NCBI GenBank assembly: GCA_963761335.1
Contig: CAVXGR010000005.1
Coordinates: 224,001 to 288,000 of the forward strand
Origin: an uncultured delta proteobacterium
GTDB taxonomy: Bacteria > Desulfobacterota > Binatia > HRBIN30 > BPIQ01
DNA length: 64,000 nt
Reading direction: 5' to 3'
Under the pieces are notes generated by a model. The model was given only the letters and a program-made list of their open reading frames with translations, did not search any database and was not told the origin of the DNA. Positions within the stretch are counted from its first letter, which is position 1; each line of letters starts with the position of its first letter. Both the position numbers and the translations under genes were made by a program. Shown here piece by piece: positions 40,162-50,303 of this stretch.

Positions 40162-40575
40162 TCAGATCAGAAAGGAGCAGTTGCGAACGAAGAGAGGTAG
40201 GGGAGCGCCATGTGGAGGACCGCGCCAGGAAACGGCTTCCATCCGCGGCGCCGGGCTCGGGGCGTGAGTCACGGCGGTGGTGGCTGCCAGGACGGACGGA
40301 GGAGCGCCAGTGTCGGCGGCGACCGAGGAGACGGCTCCCGCCGGAGTGCGCTCGATTGTGCGCATCTGGCAGCAGCTCTTCGGCACCGCCGAGATCGAGG
40401 CACCCGAGGAGTTGCCGTTCTTCTGCGGGCAGCAGCAGGACAACCGCGCCTGTCCATCCACCGAGCAGATATAGAGGAGCATGCCCGAGAAGGCGGGCGA
40501 GGCGAGCAGCACCAGCGGCAGGATGAGCGCCGCGAGGGCTCCCTTGCTGCGGCTGGTGGTGCGGCGGATGAACAT
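40162..40575 (-). CDS. Cys-rich exported leader protein with RGPP motif (DUF2946/CruR-like candidate) upstream of cus operon 1
   Basis: Signal peptide, C..SCCC..SCC, Pro/Ala linker, RGPPHGAPLPLFVRNCSFLI*. Confidence 0.75.
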   Translation of the reverse strand: MFIRRTTSRSKGALAALILPLVLLASPAFSGMLLYICSVDGQARLSCCCPQKNGNSSGASISAVPKSCCQMRTIERTPAGAVSSVAADTGAPPSVLAATTAVTHAPSPAPRMEAVSWRGPPHGAPLPLFVRNCSFLI

Positions 40576-40641
40576 GGACGCGAATTCTAGGCCAGTTGCG
40601 CGGCTTTGCCAATCGCCGTCTGCGGATGGTGAGCGCGGCCC

Positions 40642-41181
40642 TCAGCCGGCGGCTCCTTGGTGGTGGTGCTCTTCTTCCTGCGTCGCGGCGCGCAGCTCGG
40701 ACTTCTCCTGCGGGGTGAGGTGCGGCAGGTGGCGGACGAAGGCGACGATCTTCCAGATCTCCTCGTCGGTGTGCGTCGGCGCGAAGGCGGGCATGCCGGT
40801 CATGCGCACACCTTGCCGGATGGTCCAGAAGAGCTCGCCGTCGCTGATCTCCTCGGAGTCCTTCCACAGCTCCGGAGCGTCGGGATGGAGCCCCTTGGCC
40901 AGCTCGGCGGGCTCGACGTCGGGGGCGCCGTGGCAGACGACACAGTTCTCGCGATAGTGGTCGAGGCCGACGGCGATCGCCGCCGGATCGCCGTCGAAGC
41001 GGCTTTGTGCCTGCGGCGCGGCGTGCTCGATCCACGAATCGTAGGCGAGCTCGCCCACGAAGCTCTCGACCGGCCCGGGCTCGGGCTTCGCCGACATGTC
41101 GATGAAGCCGAGCCGAAGAGCCAACAGCGGCGTGCCGATGCAGACGATCACCCCGAAGACGAAACCGGCCCAAAAGCGCAT
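40642..41181 (-). CDS. Monoheme c-type cytochrome with His-containing tail
   Basis: N-terminal TM, CVVCHG, GVRMTGMPAF, IWKIVAFV, EEEHHH. Confidence 0.9.
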   Translation of the reverse strand: MRFWAGFVFGVIVCIGTPLLALRLGFIDMSAKPEPGPVESFVGELAYDSWIEHAAPQAQSRFDGDPAAIAVGLDHYRENCVVCHGAPDVEPAELAKGLHPDAPELWKDSEEISDGELFWTIRQGVRMTGMPAFAPTHTDEEIWKIVAFVRHLPHLTPQEKSELRAATQEEEHHHQGAAG

Positions 41182-41295
41182 GTGCGTTCTCCTTTCTCGC
41201 TTCGCCAATTCCAACTGGGGACGCCGAGGCGTCGAGCCGTCCCGTATTGGCCTGCAACCATTGTGGCTGAGACCGTGCGGGACACAAGTCAGCCG

Positions 41296-41726
41296 CTACT
41301 TCGAAAATCTGCTGGGTGAAGGTCTGGCGGAGCCCCGGCGCTTGGGGTGGAGATTATCGCCCCGGAGGGGCGCGGGCATGTAGCCCCGGGTGCCAACCCG
41401 GGGACCGCGTCCCGATTGCCCGGATCTGCGCCCCGGAGGGGCGCAGGCGTAGGGGCCGCGTGAATCACGTCGATGAGCTTTCCACGCACCCAGCGGTGAT
41501 CATCGGCGTACAGGCGCGACATCGACGAAATTTTGCCCGCGCCCCTGGCGGGGCGCCTATGACGGACCGTGCACTTTTCCCCGGGTTTCACCCGGGGCTA
41601 CACGCCACTGCCCCTCCGGGGCGAACTTCGCCGAGGCCGGAACCCCCAAATCTCTTCCCGGGTCAGAACCCCGGCCTCATTTTCATCGTCTGCTGGCGAG
41701 CCGCAAGGCAAGGCTCATGACGCACT
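41296..41726 (+). mobile_element. Non-autonomous 427-bp element bounded by CT cores (family D copy 1)
   Basis: CT-acttcgaaaat...catgacgca-CT; highly similar to the reverse complement of 61708-62371; no TIR and no transposase. Confidence 0.75.
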
Positions 41727-41788
41727 GCTTCGAAAGTGTCGTGGGTGGGCCATCCGAGTGGCGTGGGGTCGTGGTCGCAAGCGCGGAG

Positions 41789-42262
41789 CTACCCGAGCGC
41801 GCCGGAAGCGAACTCCTCGGCGCTCAAGACCTGCACTCCGTAACGCAGCAGGGAGCCGAAGTGGCGCCGATTGTCCGTGACCACGACGCTGGCGCCGTTC
41901 GCTCGTGCGGTCTGGGCGATGTGAAGATCGTACGCGCGTCCTCCGCTGATCCGATCGGCAACGGCATCGTCGAGCAGGCGCAAGCGCTCCGAGACAGGCA
42001 GGTCGTACACCTCGAACCGCTTGAGGATCTCCTCACGGAGCAGGCCGGCGGCATCCGCTGGGGATAGACGCAGCTCCGCAGGCAGGCGAGTCGAGACCGA
42101 GTAGAACTCCAGGCAGCAGTGCCACGCGGTGGCGGGCTTTCTCACTCGTCCTTCGGCAATGGCTGTCATCACGCTTTGGGAGTGCACGGCTGCCGGGCCG
42201 ATGTCGATCAGGCCGGCCAGCAGGATCGTCGTATCGAAGAACACCGGCTTCACCACGGCCAT
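41789..42262 (-). CDS. vapC: PIN-domain toxin
   Basis: FFDTTIL, EFYSVSTR, YDLHIA, VVTDNRRHF; overlaps the antitoxin stop. Confidence 0.88.
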   Translation of the reverse strand: MAVVKPVFFDTTILLAGLIDIGPAAVHSQSVMTAIAEGRVRKPATAWHCCLEFYSVSTRLPAELRLSPADAAGLLREEILKRFEVYDLPVSERLRLLDDAVADRISGGRAYDLHIAQTARANGASVVVTDNRRHFGSLLRYGVQVLSAEEFASGALG

Positions 42263-42507
42263 CGATCGCGCTCTTCTTCGACGAGCCGAGCGACATCGAT
42301 CTTTGGCAGTGACCTCGCGTCTACCGAGGGCTTGGCGACGAGCCGCTTTCCGACCCGCGTGAGCTTCGGGCCTGGGGCCGTGCGGCTCAGCCGAATGCTG
42401 GAGTCCTCGAGCACGACCTCGATCTCGGTCCCCGGCACGAGCCCGGCCCGCCGCCGGAGATCCGCGGGAATCACCACTCTTCCTGCCCGATCAATGGTAG
42501 TTTTCAT
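42250..42507 (-). CDS. vapB: AbrB/MazE-type antitoxin
   Basis: MKTTIDRAGRVVIPADLRRRAGLVPG. Confidence 0.9.
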   Translation of the reverse strand: MKTTIDRAGRVVIPADLRRRAGLVPGTEIEVVLEDSSIRLSRTAPGPKLTRVGKRLVAKPSVDARSLPKIDVARLVEEERDRWPW

Positions 42508-42534
42508 GCCATTTGTATGGCATGGACTATCCCG

Positions 42535-45500
42535 TCAGACAACCGGCTCCGCGGAAGCGGGAGCCGTCGGCGCGCCGTGCGGCAGGTGCCAACCGCGCCA
42601 GACGAAGTAGATGGCGGGGTAGACGACCAGCTCCATGACGAACGAGGTGACGACGCCGCCGACCATGGGAACGGCGATGCGCTTCATGACGTCGGCGCCG
42701 GTGCCGTGGCTCCAGAGAATCGGCAGCAGGCCGGCGAGAATGACGGAGACGGTCATCGCCTTCGGGCGTACGCGCTGCACGGCGCCGTGGTAGATCGCCT
42801 CGCGCAGGTCGCCGAGGGTGCGCAGCATGCCCTTGCTCTGCCACTCATCGTGGGCGACGTTGAGATAGAGCAGCATGACCACGCCGGTCTCGGCGTCGAG
42901 GCCGGCGAGGGCGATCATCCCCACCCACACCGCAATGCTCATGTTGTAGCCGAGGAACCAGATCAGCCAGACGGCGCCGACCAGGCTGAAGGGCACGGCG
43001 AGCAGGACGATGAAGGTCTCGAGCAGGCTCTGGGTGTTCAGATAGATGATCAGCACGATGATCAGCAGGGTGATCGGCAGGATCACCAGCAGCCGCTGCT
43101 GGGCTCGCTGCATGTACTCGTACTGGCCGGACCAGGTGAGCGCGTAGCCGACCGGCAGAGTGATCTGGCCCTGGGCTTTCGCCTCGGCCACCGCCTTCTG
43201 GGCTCGCTCGACGTAGGTGCCGACGTCGATGCCGCGGATGTCGATGTAGATCCAGGTGTTCGGCCGGCTGTTCTCGCTCTTGATGCCCGGAGCTCCCTTG
43301 GCGATCTCCATGTGGACGAGCTGCCCGAGGGGAATGTGCTGTCCCATGGGCGTCGGCACCAGGATGTTGTCGAGCTCCTCCAGGTTGGAGCGCAGCTCGC
43401 GCGGGTAGCGCAGGTTGATCGGATAGCGCTCCAGGCCCTCGACCGTGGTGGCCACGTTCATGCCCCCGATGGCGCTGGCGATGACGTCCTGCACGTCGCC
43501 GAGGGTCAGACCGTAGCGGCCGATCTCCTCGCGGTCGATGGTGAAGTTGACGTAGTTGCCGCCGGCGACGCGCTCGGCGTAGGCGCTCAGGGTGTTCGGT
43601 ACGCGCCGCATCACGGCTTCGACCTCCTCGCCGACGCGCTGCAGCGTCGGCAGGTCGGGGCCGGAGATCTTGATGCCCACCGGGGTCTTGATGCCGGTGG
43701 AAAGCATGTCGATGCGCGTCTTGATCGGCATCGTCCAGGCGTTGGTCACCCCGGGGAACTGGACCGCCGCATTGAGGGCGTCGACCAGCTCGTCCGGCGT
43801 GCGGCGGCGGTGCGCGATCACCTGCCCGCCGGCGTCGGTGATGTCGACCGCCGGCCAGGTGTCCTCGTCGTTCAGCATCACCGTCGTCTCGATCATGCTC
43901 AGCGGCGCCGGGTCGGTGGCGGTGTCGGCGCGGCCGATCTTGCCGAAGACGTGATGCACCTCGGGGAAGCGCTTGATGATCCGGTCCGTCTGCTGCAACA
44001 GCTCGCGCGCCTTGGTGATGGAGATGCCCGGCAGGGTCGTTGGCATGTACAGGAAGTCGCCCTCGTAGAGAGGCGGCATGAACTCCGACCCCAGCCGGCT
44101 GTAGGGCCACCAGGTGGCCGCTACGGTGAGCGCCGCGGCGCCGATGATGCCCCAGCACAGGGCGCGGTGGCGCAGGATGAACTCGATCACCGGATGGTAC
44201 ACGGCGATGAGCAGACGGTTCAGCGGATTGCGGTGCTCCGGCACGATGCGGCCGCGGACGAAGTAGCCCATGAGCACCGGGGCCAGGGTGATCGACAGGA
44301 AAGCGGCAGCGGCCATGGAGTACGTCTTGGTGAAGGCCAGCGGCTTGAAGAGGCGCCCCTCCTGCGCCTGCAGGGTGAACACCGGAACGAAGCTCACGGT
44401 GATCACCAGCAGGGAGTAGAAGAGCGTCGGGCCGACCTCGATGGAGGCGTCGCGGATGATCTCCCAGTGCGGCTTGCGGCCGGCGTCGCGCTCGACGTGC
44501 TTGTGGGCATTCTCGACCATGATGATGACCGCGTCGACCATCGCCCCGATGGCGATGGCGATGCCGCCGAGGCTCATGATGTTGGCGCCGATGCCCTGCG
44601 CGTACATGACGATGAAGGCCATCAGCACCGCCATTGGCAGGGTGACGATCGCCACCAAGGCGCTGCGAAAGTGGAAGAGGAAGAGGACGCAGACCACCGA
44701 CACCGCCAGCGACTCCTCCAGCAGCTTCTCGCGCAGGGTGTGGATGGAGCGATCGATGAGCGAGGAGCGGTCGTAGGCGACGTGGATCTGCACGTCGGGC
44801 GGCAGGCCCGCCTTCAGCTCCGCCAGCTTCGCCTTGACGCGACTGATGACGTCGCGGGCGTTGGCGCCGTAGCGCACCACGATGATGCCCCCGACCGTCT
44901 CCCCGGTGCCGTTCCACTCGGCGATGCCGCGCCGCATCTCCGGGCCGATGGACACCGTGCCGAGGTCGCGCAGCAGGATGGGTGTGCCGTCGGCGCGGGC
45001 GCCCACCGCCGCCTCCTCGAGCTCGCGCGGGTCGGTGATGTAGCCCTTGACGCGCAGGATGTACTCGGTCTCCGACATCTCCATGACGCGGCCGCCGACC
45101 TCGCCATTGGATCGCTGAATCGCCTGCCGCACCTTGCCCAGCGGGATGTCATAGGCGCGCAGCTTCTCGGGATCGACGGTGACCTGATACTGCTTGACGA
45201 AGCCGCCCACGCTGGCGACCTCGGAGACGCCCTCGGTCGCGGTGAGCTCGTACTTCAGGTACCAGTCCTGGATGCTGCGCAGCTGCTGGAGGTCGCGGCT
45301 GGGGCTGGTGAGGCTGTATATGAAGGCCCAGCCGACGCCGGTGGCATCGGGCCCGAGCGTCGGCGTCACCCCGCGCGGCAGCTGCCCCTGGAGCTGGCTC
45401 AGATACTCGAGCACCCGGCTGCGCGCCCAGTAGAGGTCGGTGCCGTCCTCGAAGATCACGTAGACGAAGGAGAAGTTGAAGAAGCTGTAGCCGCGCACCA

Positions 45501-45741
45501 CCTTGGCGTAGGGCACCGACAGCATCTTGGTGGTGATCGGGTAGGTGATCTGGTCCTCGATGATGCGCGGTGCCTGGCCGGGATACTCGGTGAAGACGAT
45601 CACCTGGACATCGGACAGATCGGGGATGGCGTCGAGCGGCATGCGCGGGAGCACGTAGACGCCACCGAGGACGATGAACAGCGCCAGCAGGAGAACGATG
45701 AACTTGTTCTCCAGCGAGAAGCGGATGATGCGGGCGATCAT
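42535..45741 (-). CDS. cusA: Heavy-metal efflux RND permease, CusA type (copy 2)
   Basis: Same motif set as copy 1 (LDAIPDLSDVQVI, EFMPPLYEG, AWTMPIKTRIDMLSTG). Confidence 0.94.
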   Translation of the reverse strand: MIARIIRFSLENKFIVLLLALFIVLGGVYVLPRMPLDAIPDLSDVQVIVFTEYPGQAPRIIEDQITYPITTKMLSVPYAKVVRGYSFFNFSFVYVIFEDGTDLYWARSRVLEYLSQLQGQLPRGVTPTLGPDATGVGWAFIYSLTSPSRDLQQLRSIQDWYLKYELTATEGVSEVASVGGFVKQYQVTVDPEKLRAYDIPLGKVRQAIQRSNGEVGGRVMEMSETEYILRVKGYITDPRELEEAAVGARADGTPILLRDLGTVSIGPEMRRGIAEWNGTGETVGGIIVVRYGANARDVISRVKAKLAELKAGLPPDVQIHVAYDRSSLIDRSIHTLREKLLEESLAVSVVCVLFLFHFRSALVAIVTLPMAVLMAFIVMYAQGIGANIMSLGGIAIAIGAMVDAVIIMVENAHKHVERDAGRKPHWEIIRDASIEVGPTLFYSLLVITVSFVPVFTLQAQEGRLFKPLAFTKTYSMAAAAFLSITLAPVLMGYFVRGRIVPEHRNPLNRLLIAVYHPVIEFILRHRALCWGIIGAAALTVAATWWPYSRLGSEFMPPLYEGDFLYMPTTLPGISITKARELLQQTDRIIKRFPEVHHVFGKIGRADTATDPAPLSMIETTVMLNDEDTWPAVDITDAGGQVIAHRRRTPDELVDALNAAVQFPGVTNAWTMPIKTRIDMLSTGIKTPVGIKISGPDLPTLQRVGEEVEAVMRRVPNTLSAYAERVAGGNYVNFTIDREEIGRYGLTLGDVQDVIASAIGGMNVATTVEGLERYPINLRYPRELRSNLEELDNILVPTPMGQHIPLGQLVHMEIAKGAPGIKSENSRPNTWIYIDIRGIDVGTYVERAQKAVAEAKAQGQITLPVGYALTWSGQYEYMQRAQQRLLVILPITLLIIVLIIYLNTQSLLETFIVLLAVPFSLVGAVWLIWFLGYNMSIAVWVGMIALAGLDAETGVVMLLYLNVAHDEWQSKGMLRTLGDLREAIYHGAVQRVRPKAMTVSVILAGLLPILWSHGTGADVMKRIAVPMVGGVVTSFVMELVVYPAIYFVWRGWHLPHGAPTAPASAEPVV

Positions 45742-45746
45742 CGCGC

Positions 45747-47528
45747 CTACTCCCGGCCACCCGCCGCCGGCGTCTTCTCGACCTGCGACTCCGGCACCGG
45801 GATGAGCGACATGCCGCAGATCGGGCACTTGCCCGGCCCGGGGCGGTGCACGGACGAGTGCTCCGGCATCGGGCAGGTCCAGTAGGCGATCTTCGGCTTC
45901 TCGACGTGTCCGCCGCGCTTACGGACCGGCACCAGCTGCATGCCGCAGATCGGGCACCTGCCCGGCTTGTCGTAGAGAATGTCGGAGTGCTCCGGCATCG
46001 GGCACACGTAGAAGAGCTCCCCCTCGCCGGGCGGAGGCGCTGCGGCGCCGCTCTGGCGGGTGGCGTCCTTGATCGGCTGGGCGCCGCCGACGGTTCCGGG
46101 CTCCATGAACTTCACCGCGGCCTCCCGCAGGCGACTCTCGGAATCGAGGAGGAACTGCCCGGAGATCACCACCGTCTCGCCCGGCGAGAGGCCGGAGAGC
46201 ACCTGCAGGTAATTGTTGTCGTCGCGCGCCCCGATCTTCAGCTCGCGGGGCTCGAAGTGGCCGGGGCGTGGCATGACGAAGGCGACGGCGCGCATGCCGG
46301 TGCGGATGACCGCCATGTCCGGAACCATGGTTGCCTCGGCGGCGACCTGGCTCACCAGCGACACGGTGGCATACATGCCGGGCTTCAGCTCGTATCCGGG
46401 ATTGTGGAACTCCATGCGCACCGGCACAGTGCGCGTTTTGGCTTCGAGATACGGGTAGACGTAGGTAACGCGCCCGCGGAAGGTCCGGCCCGGCAGGTAG
46501 GTGAGCGTCATCAGAGCTTCCTGTCCGAGCTTCACGTAGGGGGCGTCGGACTCGTACACCTGGGCGATCACCCAGACGTTGGAGATGTCGGCGAGCTTGA
46601 AGACGTCGGTGCCGGCGGCGATCTTCTGTCCCTCGACGACGTTCTTCTGGGTGACGATGCCGGTGAAGGGCGCGCGGATGGAGAGCGTCTTCGTCACCTC
46701 GCCGCTCTTCTTCAGCTGCGCGATCTGCTCGGGGGAGATGTCGAAGAACTCCAGCCGCGTGCGCGCGTCGCGCACCAGCGCTTGCGAGTCGATGCGCGAT
46801 CGGGGAATCAGTGGCAGGTCCGCCGTCTGCTCGTTGCGCAGCGCCGCGACGTATTCCTGCTGGGCCGAGAACAGCTCCGGCGAGTACAGGTCGAACAGCG
46901 GATCGCCCTTGTGCACCTGCTGGCCGGTCTGATCCACGTAGAGCTTCTCGATCCAGCCGCCCACCTTGGTGGCGACCGCCGCCAGCGTGGTCTCGTCATA
47001 GGCGACGTTGCCGAGGGTGCGGATGCTCTTGTTGAGTGGCGCGCGGATCACCTTGTCGACGCGCACGCCCATGTTCTGCTCGATCACCGGGTCAATGCGG
47101 ATGGTTCCGGCAGAGGCTTCGTCGGCGTACACGGGGACGAGGTCCATCCCCATCGAGTCCTTGCCCGGCTCGCTGTGGGTCTCCCCGGGAATCATCGACG
47201 ATTTCCAGTAGAGGGTCTTGCGCTCCGGGGCTGCGGCTTCCGTCCGTTTGATCGGTGGTGACGCCGCCGGCTGGCTGAGACCCATGGCGGCGGCGCGGTC
47301 CGCGGCCATGGGTTGCAGCTTCATGCCGCACTTCGGGCAGTCGCCGGGATGGTCCTGGACCACCTCCGGGTGCATGCCGCAGGTGTACCAGGTCCTGGCG
47401 CTCTGCGGCGCCGCGCTCGCGTCGACGACGCTCTCCTGGTGCTGCCGCTGCATCCACAGCCAGGCGCTGCCGGCGCCGGCGGCGAAGACGATACCGGTGA
47501 GGGCGATGAGGGAAATGGCGCGCTTCAT
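45747..47528 (-). CDS. cusB: CusB-type adaptor with three CxMxxH/CPxCGM metal-binding domains (copy 2)
   Basis: YTCGMHP..CPKCGM, YWKSSM..KDSMGMDL, YVCPMPEH..CPICGM, WTCPMPEH..CPICGM. Confidence 0.92.
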   Translation of the reverse strand: MKRAISLIALTGIVFAAGAGSAWLWMQRQHQESVVDASAAPQSARTWYTCGMHPEVVQDHPGDCPKCGMKLQPMAADRAAAMGLSQPAASPPIKRTEAAAPERKTLYWKSSMIPGETHSEPGKDSMGMDLVPVYADEASAGTIRIDPVIEQNMGVRVDKVIRAPLNKSIRTLGNVAYDETTLAAVATKVGGWIEKLYVDQTGQQVHKGDPLFDLYSPELFSAQQEYVAALRNEQTADLPLIPRSRIDSQALVRDARTRLEFFDISPEQIAQLKKSGEVTKTLSIRAPFTGIVTQKNVVEGQKIAAGTDVFKLADISNVWVIAQVYESDAPYVKLGQEALMTLTYLPGRTFRGRVTYVYPYLEAKTRTVPVRMEFHNPGYELKPGMYATVSLVSQVAAEATMVPDMAVIRTGMRAVAFVMPRPGHFEPRELKIGARDDNNYLQVLSGLSPGETVVISGQFLLDSESRLREAAVKFMEPGTVGGAQPIKDATRQSGAAAPPPGEGELFYVCPMPEHSDILYDKPGRCPICGMQLVPVRKRGGHVEKPKIAYWTCPMPEHSSVHRPGPGKCPICGMSLIPVPESQVEKTPAAGGRE

Positions 47529-48988
47529 GATCTGTTGCTCCCATTCGTCGATTCGGTTGGGGCGGGGGCCGTCGCCGGCTCGAGGTCGGCGCGCCGCGGC
47601 ACCTGCACGCCGATCAGCTGGCGCAGGTCGGCGAAGCGCTGCTCCAGCTCCGCCAGGGCGCGGTGGTAGGAGAGCGTGAGGTTGAGCCACTTGCGCCAGT
47701 TCTCGATCAGCGCTGTGAACTCGATGGCATTTGCCTGGTAAGCGGAGTTGGAGGCCTCGATCGCCTGCCAGGCGCGCGGCACGATGAGATCGCGGAACAG
47801 AAGCGCCTGGCGGTACTGCGTGTCGATCTTTACCAGCGTGTCCTGGAGCTGGAGGAAGATCTGGTTGCGCAGCTCGTCGTACTCCTCGACCGAGGCGAGC
47901 GTCTGCGCGTTGCCCTCGAGGACGCGGGCCCGCAGTCGCTTCCACCAGATCGGCAGGTTCAGGCCCAGCGATAGATTCCAGGCGTCGTCGCCGGTGCGCA
48001 CCGGGCTGATGCCCGAGCTGGAGATGGCCGTGTACGTCGTGCCCAGGGTCAGATCCGGATAGTAGTTGAGATGCGCCAGATCGACGGCCTCGAGGTCGCG
48101 CCGGATCTGGGCCCGCAGTCGCTCCAGGCGCGGGTTCGAGGTGACGGCCCGGTCGATTGCCTGCGGCAGCTTCCACTCCACGGCGGCCAGCTCGAAGGGG
48201 CGGGGCGGGGGCAGCGGCGCGTCCACCGGTCGATTCATCAGGCTGTCGAGCTGCGCCTGGGCCGTGGTGCGTTGCTGCTCGAGGGTGATGAGGTCGTTGG
48301 CCAGCCCGTAGAGCTCGACCTCGGCGCGCAACACGTCCTGCTGCGTCGCCTGACCCGTGCGGTAGCGGGCGGCGGCGACCTCGCGGATCTGGCCGAGGAG
48401 CCTCTCACTCTCGCGGGTGATCTGGATGGAGACCTCGGCGAGGTAGTAGCTGTAGTAGGCCCTCTGCACCTGACCGACGGTCGAGACCCGCGCCTCGTCA
48501 ATGCCGTCCAGAGCCATGCGCACCGCCTGCTCGGCGACGCGCCCGCGGGCCGCCAGCTTGCCGGGGAAGGGCAGCTTCTGCGACACGCCCACGGAGCCGG
48601 CCATCATTCCGGCGGCGGTCTCGATCATGTCGCCGGTGGGCGGGATCAGGGTCAGCATCGGATCGTCGAGCGAGGTCATCTGCGGGACCTGGTATCCGAG
48701 AACCTGGGCCTGGCGGACGGCGCGGCGAATCGCGGGATTCTCGGCGAGGGCGACGCGGACGTAGTCGTCCAGCCCGGCGCCCGAAGGCAGGGGCTCGACA
48801 GGCGGAGGCGCCCCGGCGTGCAGGCTCTGCGCCGCCGTATCGACGACGGCCTGATCGTCTTCGACGGCCGGCTGCAGCGGCGCCGCTTCGGCGGCGACGC
48901 GTCGCTGCAGTTTGCCGTCTACCGCGGCGCAGCCGGTGACCGCCAGCAGCGCCAGCAGGGCGATGAAATGTATCGGTTGTGGCTTCAC
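47525..48988 (-). CDS. TolC/CusC family outer-membrane lipoprotein (copy 2)
   Basis: Lipobox VTGC, LDDPM, SQKLPFPGKL, NLPIW. Confidence 0.92.
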   Translation of the reverse strand: MKPQPIHFIALLALLAVTGCAAVDGKLQRRVAAEAAPLQPAVEDDQAVVDTAAQSLHAGAPPPVEPLPSGAGLDDYVRVALAENPAIRRAVRQAQVLGYQVPQMTSLDDPMLTLIPPTGDMIETAAGMMAGSVGVSQKLPFPGKLAARGRVAEQAVRMALDGIDEARVSTVGQVQRAYYSYYLAEVSIQITRESERLLGQIREVAAARYRTGQATQQDVLRAEVELYGLANDLITLEQQRTTAQAQLDSLMNRPVDAPLPPPRPFELAAVEWKLPQAIDRAVTSNPRLERLRAQIRRDLEAVDLAHLNYYPDLTLGTTYTAISSSGISPVRTGDDAWNLSLGLNLPIWWKRLRARVLEGNAQTLASVEEYDELRNQIFLQLQDTLVKIDTQYRQALLFRDLIVPRAWQAIEASNSAYQANAIEFTALIENWRKWLNLTLSYHRALAELEQRFADLRQLIGVQVPRRADLEPATAPAPTESTNGSNRS

Positions 48989-49173
48989 GACTCCTCCAGC
49001 TCGGTTTCCTGCTTTGCACGTCTCCGACGTAGGGGCGGGTTTGCCCAGCCAGGCGATGTGCCAGCGTTGCCCCCCGCCGCCGCGAAAAGGCGCGGCGGAA
49101 AAGACGAGGCGCGCGCGAGCGACGGCTGCGAGTGCAGCCGTTCAGCGCGGTCCCGGCGAAGCGGCTGGAGGAA

Positions 49174-49558
49174 TCAGATCAGGAGTGTGGAAAGGGCGAG
49201 ATAGCGGGGCGGGTCGTGGGAGGTGCGGGCGACTGGTGCCGGCAGTACGAACGGCGCAAATGGCGCGAGCCCGGTGGCGAGCGCCGGCGCCGGGTGCGCC
49301 GGCGGAGCGGCGATCGCGTTGCCGTTGCTGCTGGTGACGGTGCGCACGAAGCACTTTCCCGCCTGACAGCAGGCGTGCCCGGCCGGCATCGGCGCCCGCG
49401 CCGGCGCCTTCATCGGCATCCCCGCCTCGGGCGGCCATGGCGCAGCCCTGGTGGCTGGCGGGCCCATCGGCGCAGCGCAGCAGCCCGTAGGGCACCCAGG
49501 CCAGACTCAGGAGCAGAGCGGTCGCGGGGAAGAGATAGCTTCTGACGAGTCGGGCCAT
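49174..49558 (-). pseudogene. Cys-rich exported leader protein upstream of cus operon 2, with an apparent +1 frameshift near 49430
   Basis: MARLVRSYLFPATALLLSLAW..C..HQGCAMAA joins EAGMPM..HACCQAGKC..HDPPRYLALSTLLI* if one base of GGG 49429-49431 is removed. Confidence 0.65.
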
Positions 49559-49952
49559 GTCGCGGAACCGTTGGTGATGCAGGGAGTGTGCCACTTTTTT
49601 CGGCGTTCGTAAACCTGGCTCAGCCAGGCGAGCCTTATTGACAGTGACAGAGACGTGTCCGCAACATTTCCGAATGGCGCGCTTTTGAGACTCCATAAAG
49701 CAACCGGCGTCAGACGGCCTCGGGACAGATTCGCGACCAGCACTCGCCGAGGAACGCATCGCCCAAGGCGCTCATTCTGCGGCTTGGGCCTGCCGGCTGC
49801 GCACGATCCCTCGCACCTCTGATAGCGCACGCCATCCGTCAACGTCGAACGCCCTGCATGTCAGAAGGATGCTGCAGCAGATCGGCAGAGCCGACAACGC
49901 ATAGGGCCCTGCCTCTTTCCTAACGGAAGGATTGTGGCTATATACCCCGGCC

Positions 49953-50303
49953 ATGCGCGTCCGCCTGGGCTTTTTCTTGCTAGCCTGTATGGGCTGGTGT
50001 CTCTGCGCGCCCATGGCGGCGATCGCCGCGCAGCCGCCGGGGACGCGGTCTGCAGCGATCGCTGCAGAGGGCGAGCCGCAGAACATCGCCTGGGCCCCGC
50101 GTACCACCTTTCAGGATCTGGTTCGTTCTCCCGACGAGCATCCGCGCCGCATGGCGCGGGTCGTGGCGGAGCGGCGAACCGGGACAGCCCCCGTGGAGCC
50201 GCATGGCGGTATCCGCGTCGCTGCCCTTCACCGGAGTTTCTATCCGGCGCGCCGCTGCGTGCAACGGCTGGTGCGCTCGGATGAAAACGACCCACCCGCC
50301 TGA
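49953..50303 (+). CDS. Hypothetical exported protein ending DPPA, upstream of hppA
   Basis: Signal peptide MRVRLGFFLLACMGWCLCAPMAAIA; Arg-rich C-terminus RRCVQRLVRSDENDPPA*. Confidence 0.5.
   Translation: MRVRLGFFLLACMGWCLCAPMAAIAAQPPGTRSAAIAAEGEPQNIAWAPRTTFQDLVRSPDEHPRRMARVVAERRTGTAPVEPHGGIRVAALHRSFYPARRCVQRLVRSDENDPPA

Noticed and set aside
41316..41720. ORFs inside the family D element as a transposase
   Set aside because: Short Arg/Pro-rich frames with no DEDD, DDE or HUH motifs; treated as non-coding.
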